A stretch of 64,000 nt of DNA from an uncultured Candidatus Saccharibacteria bacterium (lineage in GTDB: Bacteria > Patescibacteriota > Minisyncoccia > Phycocordibacterales > UBA2100): NCBI GenBank assembly GCA_964434285.1, contig CAYSUJ010000003.1, positions 20,992 through 84,991 on the forward strand. Reading direction: 5' to 3'. A program made the translations under genes and the position numbers. Shown in pieces: positions 27,219-36,500 of this stretch; position 1 is the first letter of the stretch, and the number at the start of each line of letters is the position of its first letter. The notes beneath the pieces are model-generated. The model made no database searches. It saw only the letters and a program-made list of their open reading frames with translations, and was not told the DNA's origin.

Positions 27219-28454
27219 TTACGCCAAATCGTATTTGCCCAATAGTATCTGGTCGGTTGTTCCTGATACATTGCTCACAATCTTAGATACGATGTCGTTT
27301 GTAAGCTGCGGATCTAGCGGCTTACTCGAATTTACAATCACAGACCACGGAGTATCTATCGGCTTATCGGACTGGCTAACTATAAAGACTTCACACGGTA
27401 TTCCCATTTCTTTCCATATCTGCTGGGCGATGTCCCATGCCATTGCTGAATACAGTTTTCCTGCATGATACTGCGGATTCTTTCCGCTTAAGCCCTCGAT
27501 ACTAAAGGGTCTTCGAGACGAAATAACGCCGCCTAAGCGATTTCCACGCGCCACCTGTCCTTCGTCGCCGGATTCAATACAAGACCCCGTGTACAGAAGA
27601 TAGAAAAGATCGTCCCGCTGACCATCTGCCGTATTCAGGGTGAAGTTGATATTAAGGGGTTCGTATTTGTCGCAAATCTTGCGAATGAACGATCTTATTT
27701 CTTCTAGGTTCACTTTATATTCTTTCGGCGAAGCAACTTCGGTCGATATCTGTGGCACACAAAGCGTCAAATCAACATCCTGTCCCCGCCTGACGGCCAT
27801 AATTTTTATGTCATAACCAAGCCATGAATAGGTTTTCCTGGTCTCATCAGCATTCAATGTCTGCTCAACTTCAAGCACTAATCGCTCAAGAGGCGTGTAA
27901 GGTGCCCAACCACAACCAACAGCGGTGTCGTTCGCGACAGGGCGCGTATATTCGGGTAAATCGGTCAACTTGCCAGGACGAAAGCGTGAGTATGCGGAAG
28001 AACGAGCGGTATTACTGTCCGCCGGTTGTAGCCCTCGGGTTGTATTTGAGGTAATTTCGACCATCAGCCGACAGTTGGTAAGAAAGTCAAAATTTCTTAA
28101 TTCCCTTTCCAAAAAGTCAGATGCGGCACCCACAAGCGCGTCGCGATAGAGTATCTTTTCCTCCCCAACTTGAGGCGTAACTCGCCCATTGATAAGTAAC
28201 CGCACTGGGGATACGAAATTACCGCCACCAAAGCGGACATCGCATTTCCCGCCCATCAACGAGAGCTTGTCGAACTGATGTCTCAAAATTGTTCCAAACT
28301 TATCCCTACAAATCTGGGCATAGGTACGAGACAAGAGTTCCGCCAGCCGATCCGCCAGAGTGTCAGGGTGTCCACGCCCTTTGCGTTCAACAATCTCAAA
28401 ATCAGACATCGAGAGATCCTCTAAATTGGTTACGAGATTCAGGTTAAGGGACAT
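27219..28454 (-). CDS. Archaeal-type methionine adenosyltransferase (SAM synthetase, PF01941 family)
   Basis: Alignable throughout to M. jannaschii MAT: [18 protein letters not shown] vs [50 protein letters not shown] vs [57 protein letters not shown] vs [41 protein letters not shown]...[20 protein letters not shown] vs GDDGSVGRGNRVNGLI...MSMEAASGKNPVNHVGKIYN. Confidence 0.85.
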   Translation of the reverse strand: [411 protein letters not shown]

Positions 28455-28466
28455 AGAAATTTGTTA

Positions 28467-28976
28467 TTAGCTAAATACATCCTTTGCAATGAGTTTTTGC
28501 CATTTCTCCTCATTCCAGTCACGCCAGCCCTGTATAACCTCATCTTTGAGCACATCCGGCACGATTTCAGGCGGACTTCCGAACGAGTTAGGAAATGTAT
28601 CATTGATGTGTTGATCCTGTAAAACAGGCCACTTTGTGAAGCCGCCCATGACGGGAGAACGTAGGCCAAATACAACCCTTTTGATACGTAACTCCTGAGT
28701 GGCAAAGGCACACATGGGGCAAGGCTCAACCGAGGAATAGAGAGTCGATTCCGCCAGCTCATCCGGAGTAAGAGCCTTTTGTGCATCCAAAAGGGCTAGC
28801 ATTTCTGCATGACGGTATACCTCGCTCTTATCAAGAGCTTCGTTGTGTCGCTCGCTAATGACTTTGCCCTTAAAAACCACCAGGGCACCAAAGGGGAAAT
28901 CCTTACTTCGAGAACCGAGGGCGGCAACTCGGATACATTGGCGCATATACATGGCATCGTCGTTCCTGTCCTGCAT
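28467..28976 (-). CDS. CMP/dCMP-type (cytidine deaminase fold) zinc deaminase
   Basis: The HAEMLAL (H-A-E) and PCPMCA (PCxxC) zinc-binding motifs of the CDA superfamily. The size and architecture resemble TadA/guanine-deaminase-like nucleoside/base deaminases. Confidence 0.7.
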   Translation of the reverse strand: MQDRNDDAMYMRQCIRVAALGSRSKDFPFGALVVFKGKVISERHNEALDKSEVYRHAEMLALLDAQKALTPDELAESTLYSSVEPCPMCAFATQELRIKRVVFGLRSPVMGGFTKWPVLQDQHINDTFPNSFGSPPEIVPDVLKDEVIQGWRDWNEEKWQKLIAKDVFS

Positions 28977-28996
28977 AGCCCCCTTTTAGCAGAAGT

Positions 28997-30049
28997 TCAG
29001 CCTTTTATCAAAGTCCGCCTTAGCTTTCCCCTTTCAGATTCAACAAATTTCTCTGCATATGCATGATTTTCTTCACTAATCTGCCTGCGTTTTTTCTCGC
29101 TGTCAGGCTCGAAGCTTCGGTTTTTTTGCGGATCTTTTGAGTATGTCTTTGTACGCTCCAACATTCCTTGGACTTCAGGGTTGGTCAGAGATAAGTTCCA
29201 CGCTGAATCGAGTATTGCGGGAAGTTCACTGGTAATCTGCAAGTAGTCCACAAAAAGCGCGTTCTGGTCATCATGTGCGAGTGCCTTTTTACAAAAAGTA
29301 CCGAGGAGACGGCATGCATACTCGCCATCGGTCAGAGATTCGGTTTCCGATTCACTCAGCCCAAGTATCGGAGCAAAGAACGACACATGAGTATGGCGGC
29401 TACGCATCCAGCCCGGTGGATCCCGCAAGACGGATTCGAGTACTTCTGCTCCATTACGATGAGTGAACATCCATCGAACACTTGGATACAAACTCAATAT
29501 CTCATCAATGAATAGAATATTCCAACTACGAAACTTTACGAATACACGCTCGCAGTGATCGGGCTTGCAGGCATAAATCGCACTGAGAGCCGCCTTAAGG
29601 AGTTGTTGCTTCGTTAAACCGCCAGGCAATTTCAGCGCAGGGTTCAATATCGCAAGTGCAATAGTTGGTTCTGACACAACATAAAATCGATCCACCGTTG
29701 CCAGCATCTGCATTGCAAGTGTGGATCCACAACGAGACATGTGGAAAATAAAGTGTGTCCCTTGTTCGTTAATATTCCTATCTTGAAAGTCGCGCGCAAA
29801 CACGTCAACTGGGACAAGTTCAATTCGCGGATCGTTCATATCGTAATGTAGCGGACGAACCAATACATTTTGCTCCTCTCCGATGAGCTTATTTACATCC
29901 GCCACACGAAACTGACCAGCAAGAGAATCGAGAAAGAACGGGTCTGTCAGGTTGATCTTCGGTACTTTTGCAAGAACAACATGACATTCCCCATTGGCGA
30001 TGTGTAAATCGATAGGGAGTGATACGGTCTTGTTTGACTTTTCGTCCAT
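28997..30049 (-). CDS. Sulfotransferase family protein (PAPS-dependent)
   Basis: FIFHMSRCGSTLAMQML matches the 5'-PSB loop of Sulfotransfer_3-type enzymes. A downstream 3'-PB-like region is present. It is co-operonic with the APS-kinase-like domain. Confidence 0.55.
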   Translation of the reverse strand: MDEKSNKTVSLPIDLHIANGECHVVLAKVPKINLTDPFFLDSLAGQFRVADVNKLIGEEQNVLVRPLHYDMNDPRIELVPVDVFARDFQDRNINEQGTHFIFHMSRCGSTLAMQMLATVDRFYVVSEPTIALAILNPALKLPGGLTKQQLLKAALSAIYACKPDHCERVFVKFRSWNILFIDEILSLYPSVRWMFTHRNGAEVLESVLRDPPGWMRSRHTHVSFFAPILGLSESETESLTDGEYACRLLGTFCKKALAHDDQNALFVDYLQITSELPAILDSAWNLSLTNPEVQGMLERTKTYSKDPQKNRSFEPDSEKKRRQISEENHAYAEKFVESERGKLRRTLIKG

Positions 30050-30055
30050 ATAGCA

Positions 30056-31078
30056 TCACGTTTGGTGCCCCAAAAGTTGTTTGAGGATATGGTCTGATAT
30101 ATTCGGCAAGGTAATGCGGTCGGAGATTCCGAGCGCCGCGGCAACACCATTGATCGCACGTACGAAGTTTATGCTTCGTATCAAATCCCCGCGTTGACGC
30201 TTGTCGAATACGCCACGCGGTTGGCGCACAAGATATTCTTGTGCCTCTTTGTAGATTGGCTGAGTAGGCACCGGCATCGCATCAATGAGTTTGTAACTCC
30301 ACGAACCATTTTCCTTAAAGAAAATCACATTATCCTCCCCAGCAAGCGCGAGAATCTGCCCCTCATTCTTGGCGTACGATATTGCCTTTTGAACGAAATC
30401 TATAAGGGCATCTTTGAGACCAGAATCAGTGTGCGCACGCTCAGTAAGGTGCGTGAGGAACCTCCCAGACGAAAGGTCTTGGAATTCCAAAAACTCCTTC
30501 TCGTCCACCTGCCGCCCCTCAAGTAAGTCATGCGTCATTTTGAGATAAACCGCTTCGTCTTGCGAAGAGTTTTCAGGATAATTACCGAAAGAAAAAGCCA
30601 GACGTCCTGGATATTCGGCTTCTTCACTAAACTTTTGGACAGCGACGTGCGTCCATACACTTCGGACTTTTCGTGCCTCTTCGGGCAACTTTCTACCAAT
30701 GTAATCGTCGCGGAATAATTCCTCCAATATCTCGGCCGAGATGGGAACCTGCATCAAATAACGCCTTTCTTGCAAAGCATGATCCGATCCGAAATGCCTC
30801 CAAAGATTTCGCGCTTCTGCGTTTTTGCGCCACACATCCCCGGCCGAATACACTTCGGCGTACGCCCGCATACTGTCTTCATCCGTAATACCCTTTGTGT
30901 AGCATTCATACAAAATGTCTTTGATTTTTCTCCAAGAGGCCTTAACGACCAATTCGGGATGCTTAGGAACGCGATACACTAAGTGATCTCCACCTCGCTT
31001 ATAGAACTCGGGCTTGAAGCGCGAAATAATATCGGCATCCTCCGGCAATTTATCAAATACTCCCTTGTCCAAATTCAT
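30056..31078 (-). CDS. Hypothetical protein, possible atypical kinase-like fold
   Basis: No clear motifs except a Gly-rich GGDHLVYRV near the N-terminus and scattered conserved Asp. The kinase assignment is speculative. Confidence 0.35.
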   Translation of the reverse strand: MNLDKGVFDKLPEDADIISRFKPEFYKRGGDHLVYRVPKHPELVVKASWRKIKDILYECYTKGITDEDSMRAYAEVYSAGDVWRKNAEARNLWRHFGSDHALQERRYLMQVPISAEILEELFRDDYIGRKLPEEARKVRSVWTHVAVQKFSEEAEYPGRLAFSFGNYPENSSQDEAVYLKMTHDLLEGRQVDEKEFLEFQDLSSGRFLTHLTERAHTDSGLKDALIDFVQKAISYAKNEGQILALAGEDNVIFFKENGSWSYKLIDAMPVPTQPIYKEAQEYLVRQPRGVFDKRQRGDLIRSINFVRAINGVAAALGISDRITLPNISDHILKQLLGHQT

Positions 31079-32067
31079 ACTTTTTGAAAGTAACTTTTAA
31101 CGACTTTATCTCCGGCGTGCAAAAGCTCTTCTCGGGAAACGATGTCCAAAACCGTAAATTTATCGTCACGCGGACGAACCCGTCCAAGTACAGAAACTAT
31201 TTGATCGGCCGTTGTATTTTCCTGAATGTACTCGTGCATATCCACGTCTTTTTTAAGATACTCAACAATAGTATCAGTTATTGCATTCCCGTATCCCGCC
31301 TGCACCTGCAGTTGCTGTGTTACGAGAATCCCAAATAACAAGCCCATGCCATGCGGACACGCCTTTTCGCTCTCAATGTAGGAAGAAATGATGTGTTCTG
31401 ACCCACTAACCAATCTTCCGCTTCCCTGCAGTCTTGTAAGACTACCGGATTCAAGCAAACAATCGAGTAATTCCTTGAGTGCTTCTCGGGTGAACGGCTG
31501 GGAGAGTAAATCCAGAGATCTTTGAGCCAGCTTTTGTGCGCGACCACGCAAGGCAGAATCAAATACCTCACGGTGACGCTCGACAGCAATATCACAGTCT
31601 ACTTGAGCCGTGGCAGTTGCCGCCACCTCAACGATACCGAATTTATTTAGAATGTACGCCTGTTCCAACAAGTCAAAGTCAACAACGATTTCACTGGCAA
31701 CAACAGAATTGGAACTGAGCTTGCCGTGTTCAGAATCGAAAAAACTATTCCGGTGAGTTGCAAAAGAATTTGTAGACAGCGCGGACGGAATAAAACAAAA
31801 CGTACTATTCGTTTTGTGGCAGATATATTTAACAACATCAACAACTGTTCCAGCACCTATGGCGACTATCCGTGCATTTTTCTGCTTAAAATCACGAAGA
31901 AAAGTATCAAGGTCATGACGGTCGGCCCTCGCAACTTCTAAAACATTAAAGCGGGTTTTAGCTAGATGCTTTGTGTAATCGTTGACGATATAGAGATCGA
32001 AGTCCTGTTGCGAGAGATAATCTGCCACCCCACGAAAGGTCACTTTTGGGTCTGGTAGGGATAGCAT
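31075..32067 (-). CDS. DHQ-synthase-like / Fe-ADH superfamily enzyme (sugar-phosphate cyclase or glycerol-1-phosphate dehydrogenase-like)
   Basis: RIVAIGAGTVVDVVKYI is the Gly-rich NAD-binding turn. The domain order and the SGSEHIISSYIE metal-site-like region are typical of the DHQS/G1PDH/glycerol dehydrogenase superfamily. Start trimmed to MLSLPDP (ATG at 32067). Confidence 0.55.
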   Translation of the reverse strand: MLSLPDPKVTFRGVADYLSQQDFDLYIVNDYTKHLAKTRFNVLEVARADRHDLDTFLRDFKQKNARIVAIGAGTVVDVVKYICHKTNSTFCFIPSALSTNSFATHRNSFFDSEHGKLSSNSVVASEIVVDFDLLEQAYILNKFGIVEVAATATAQVDCDIAVERHREVFDSALRGRAQKLAQRSLDLLSQPFTREALKELLDCLLESGSLTRLQGSGRLVSGSEHIISSYIESEKACPHGMGLLFGILVTQQLQVQAGYGNAITDTIVEYLKKDVDMHEYIQENTTADQIVSVLGRVRPRDDKFTVLDIVSREELLHAGDKVVKSYFQKV

Positions 32068-32210
32068 ATTGTCTCCTATTTTCCGCTGTCTTCGGTGGCA
32101 TACTAACAAAAATGATGAGGAAATAAAGGCTTTTAGGCTACTAAGTTACCAACACCTAAGGTTTCCGAGGCGTCCTTGACTCCCTAAGGGGTCAGCGTCA
32201 TTCATGGGAT

Positions 32211-33536
32211 ATGGAAACTACAACAAGAGCCACAGGGATTATCGGCAAGCAGGTCGTCCAAGAAGCGGTCAAAGTAAGGTACTGCTTGTATGCGAGAAAG
32301 AGCACCGAGTCGGAGGAGCGGCAAGTGCTCTCGATAGATTCGCAAATCAAAGAGATGCTTCAACTGGCGGAGCGAGAAGGCCTTGAGATCGTTGCCATGA
32401 AGCGTGAATCGCACTCCGCAAAAGAGACGGGTCAGCGGCCAGTCTTCAATGAGATTGTTAATGAAATAAAGGCTGGCAAATACAACGGCATTCTCACATG
32501 GGCGCCGGATCGTATCAGCAGAAATGCGGGCGATCTTGGTAAGGTTGTGGACTTGATGGATTCCGGTGGTTTACAGGAAATTCGGACATACAGTCAAAGT
32601 TTTCGGAATAATCCGAACGAAAAGTTTCTGCTGATGATTCTCGGGTCGCAGGCGAAGCTCGAAAATGATAACCGAGGCATGAACGTGAAGCGCGGTCTGC
32701 GAACGCGCGTTGAAATGGGTCTATGGCCGACAACTCCGCCGACCGGATATTTGACACAGAAAATGATGGACAAGAAATGTCAGGTCGTTATCGATCCTGA
32801 GCGTGCGCCCATCGTCAAAAAGATGTTCGAGAAAGTGGCGTACGAAAAGTGGTCGGGTCGGCGTGTGTACCACTGGCTCCGATTCGAGCTGAACTTCCAT
32901 ACGACGGGCAACAAGCCGCTCGCCTGCGGCAACGTGTACCGTACGTTGACTAACCATTTCTATTACGGTGTCTTCGAGTTCCCGAAGAAGAGCGGAAACT
33001 GGTACAACGGCAAGCACGAGCCGATCATCAGCAAGGAATTGTTCGACGAAGTGCAGAAACAGTTGAAGCGTGACAGCATTGTGCGTCAAAGTCGTGAATT
33101 CGCGTTCACGAAGCTCATAACGTGCGGCCTGTGCGGATCAACCTTCAGCGCGGAGGAGAAGTACAAACAGCTCAAAGACGGCACGGTCGCAAAGTATATC
33201 TACTACGGCTGTGGTCGTGCCAAGGATTTACACTGCAAGAATACGTACCTACGCGAGGAAGAGTTGATCGAGCAGATCATAAAAGCATTTGATCAGGTAG
33301 ATTTTAACGAACTAGGGATTCAGCATAAGTTCGAGGAAGAGCTGCGCCGATTCAACAAGTTCCAACGCGGTGTACTTGGCTTCTCTGGCTCAAAAACGAC
33401 ACACGAGGAGGTAGATTTACGTACTTACGCGAAATACACCTTGAAGGAAGGTACAGGTGCCGAAAAGCGCGAGTTAATGGGATGCTTCAAATCGAGGATC
33501 AAGATTACTAAAGGAATAGTGACTATCGAGCAATAG
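32211..33536 (+). CDS. Large serine recombinase (resolvase/invertase N-terminal catalytic domain plus recombinase domain plus zinc ribbon)
   Basis: YCLYARKSTESEERQVLSIDSQ carries the catalytic Ser in an RxS(T) context. Resolvase fold, then a Recombinase domain and a C-terminal Cys cluster CGLCGSTF...YYGCGRAKDLHCKN. Confidence 0.85.
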   Translation: METTTRATGIIGKQVVQEAVKVRYCLYARKSTESEERQVLSIDSQIKEMLQLAEREGLEIVAMKRESHSAKETGQRPVFNEIVNEIKAGKYNGILTWAPDRISRNAGDLGKVVDLMDSGGLQEIRTYSQSFRNNPNEKFLLMILGSQAKLENDNRGMNVKRGLRTRVEMGLWPTTPPTGYLTQKMMDKKCQVVIDPERAPIVKKMFEKVAYEKWSGRRVYHWLRFELNFHTTGNKPLACGNVYRTLTNHFYYGVFEFPKKSGNWYNGKHEPIISKELFDEVQKQLKRDSIVRQSREFAFTKLITCGLCGSTFSAEEKYKQLKDGTVAKYIYYGCGRAKDLHCKNTYLREEELIEQIIKAFDQVDFNELGIQHKFEEELRRFNKFQRGVLGFSGSKTTHEEVDLRTYAKYTLKEGTGAEKRELMGCFKSRIKITKGIVTIEQ

Positions 33537-33555
33537 TAATCGTGCTCGTATTTCT

Positions 33556-36500
33556 TCACCCCTCTTCCTGTAGTGGCAGATCTGAAACAAAAAGTTTAAT
33601 TGCTGCCGCTTTGTTCTTGAATACAAATTGTACTTTCTCGTAGATGTTTATGAGCACTCTACGACGCAGATATCCCTCCTTGTCTGCATACTCCCTCAAC
33701 CAAGCTGGATCTTGAGAGATGAGCTTGGCTCGGGCGGCATCGTCTTTATTCAGATCAGTAACTTTCAATTCAAATATTTCCTCCCTGTGAGTCTTATCCT
33801 GTGTGTCATTGGTTGGTGCGTACTGTACTAGCTCGCCCAGCTCCTTGAGCGAGGTAACCACGAGAAAGTTTTTGACATCTGCGTCATTAGTAAATACGCG
33901 GAAAATCGGTACGTATTTTTCTCCTATTTTGAAATAACCATCGCACCAGCGGTCCTCGTCAAACGAGGACTTTGGACGATTTCGATGATCCCATCGAGGA
34001 ATAAACGCCTCCGACCTTCGTATCCCTCCGTCATACTCGAACATGTGGTCGAGCGACTCGATGACGATGAGATTTTCGTCATCCAACGTCAAAATTGCTC
34101 TTTCAACTGCGGGGACGATATCATTCTTTGGAATAGTCTCTTTGGTTTCTAGGCCCTCAAGGATGTCACGGAAAATAATCTGACTCTCCGAGCTTGCCAT
34201 GCCATTGCCATAATTTTCGCCCCATCCGGCGTAGTGGACATGCCAATTTTTTATAAATGCGGCCTTCTCATCCAACTGGTTGTAGCCATACGCTTTAACC
34301 TCTGCATTAGCGGTGTCAGTGCGATCAACATACGTACCCGCTCTCGTGATGATGCTTCGGATTACGCTTCCATCATGAAAAGCATCGAGAAAAGATTTTT
34401 TGAATTCAGCCAGCTTCTCGGGGTCTATGTCCGTCCGTTTGACACGCTCCTCCTCGTCTTTTTCCTGTGCGTCTTTTGCTTTGGTCAGTAATGTTTTTAG
34501 TATGCCTGTCTTGGAAAGTGCAACTGTATCCAAAATAAATTCCCAATTTGTTGGCGAAGTTTCGATATCGGTAAGTAGTTTCCACAAAGCGCCATCGCGC
34601 TGCTCTGCAAGGAACGCCAAATCACGATTGTGAGGCAGCTCAATCGTATCCACATTGTCTGATGTGACCCCTCTTAAGAGAGTGAGGGCATTCACTGCGT
34701 AGAGCCGGTCGAGCTTACTATTGAAATCTATAGTATGAACTTCACCGTCCGGTATGAGTTCCCAATTATCCCAATTCCAAAATCGCTCAACATCGAAATC
34801 TCGAGCCGAAGAATAAAGAGTGGTGAGCTCTTTTATTTCATGCGGCAGATAATTTTTAATATCATTGTAATAAGCTCTAAGCTCCGTATCGTTCTGATGG
34901 AGGCGCACCATCTCAAAAATCCAAGTCGCCATGCCAAACACTAACTGCTGCTTGCGGCGCTGAATTTTCTCGGTGGCGTCCTGTCGAGCCTTCTGCAGAT
35001 CTAGCTTTTCTTGCAATATCTTTTTCTCCTCATCAGTCCGCGCAGACTCAAGGTCGTATTCGCTATAACGCGAGAATTCTTGGTCGCGTATCAAGTGACG
35101 GTAGAGAGTATTTAATTGGGACAAAAATTCTTTAAAACTATCCCTATCGCGCTTGTCGAAGGCGGTTTTGATGAGGTCCTGAAAAGTCTGGAAAACGGGT
35201 ATCGAGAAGTCAGCATACTCCGTCAATTTCTTTGCGTCGCCAATCTTGCGAGTCAACTGATTTTCTATGTAGTAGTCAGTAATTTCCTTCAGATGCCTCC
35301 ACGACCTGTCGATCATGAACTCTCGTAATGAAGGTGCGAGGCCTTCTGTTGTAGTTGCGAGCCAATACACTCGTGACGGAAACCGCACAAACACTTGATA
35401 CAGGTACTGATCCCCATACTTGATAGCGCGGGTAGCAATGGCCATCGGCAGATAAATGACGGTCGAGATAATTTCTCGATCGCGACTTTCTACAGCCTTC
35501 TCGACAATGTCTTGGATACTGTCTTCAAGCCACCCTATATTGAGCTGGCCACCAAAAAGATTCCCGCGTTCCTGCTTGGCCTGATCGTAACTGAAACCGC
35601 CGCCACAACGCGTGATCATCTCAAGGAAGGACTCGGAAAGACTTAGGTACGTTTTTCTGAGATCATCGATCTTGCCGAGCTTTTTCTCTACGATAGCGGT
35701 AATGAATTGATCCTTGAGTCCCGCCAACTCCAGATTGACCTCCTCTGAAAAATTATCCTCTTTGCCAATGATGAAAGCCTCTTGTGCCAGTTTTTGCAAT
35801 TTCTTAAGCACACCTTTGTCGGTGACACTGCGTTTCTCCACGGCGAGCAATATCATGTTGCCCGATTCGTCCCTATCTTTGAATTCAACGCGATCGGCAT
35901 ACTTTTTGACGAGGAATTGCCGGACCGTAGTGTAATTTCTGGTCGCCGACGAGGATGGAGTTGAGGCTGGGTCACCCGCTGAGAGCGTTGGCGGGCGCGG
36001 CTTGTCTTTATAAAAACTGAAGCCATTTTTATTCGCCTCACTCTCAGCGAGCTTGGCAAACTCGTCCAGTTTGTCGAGTCGTATATCCTTGACGACACCC
36101 GCTGTATCCGCAGAAAACGCATGGTGAGTCTCTTCCTCGTCACTCATCAAAAACGGATTATACGTAAGCTCGATTTTGTTCTCGCCCAACCTCTGTATAA
36201 GAAGATTGTCGGCGTAGCGTTCATTCATTCCCAAGTCGATGCTTTGCTCAATACGATCTTTGAGGAGACGCATCCGCTTTTCATAAAACAGTACCTTGCT
36301 GAGCAAGATGTTCACGAGTCGCCATAGAGAAATTATTGTAAAAATTCCCACCAAAAAAACCAGCACTGCACTCCATGCATTTACATCGAACCAAATGAAA
36401 TTCAGAAATACGAGGATTTCTCCTACAGTGAGCGGAAATAGCATGCTCTCGCGTAAGTACACCCGTGCGCGATCTTTCGTCTCGTCGTCTCTAACGCTTT

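Noticed and set aside
28439-28786. 115-aa ORF overlapping the CDA-fold deaminase gene in another frame
   Set aside because: The deaminase frame carries the HAE/PCxxC zinc motifs. This frame has no features.
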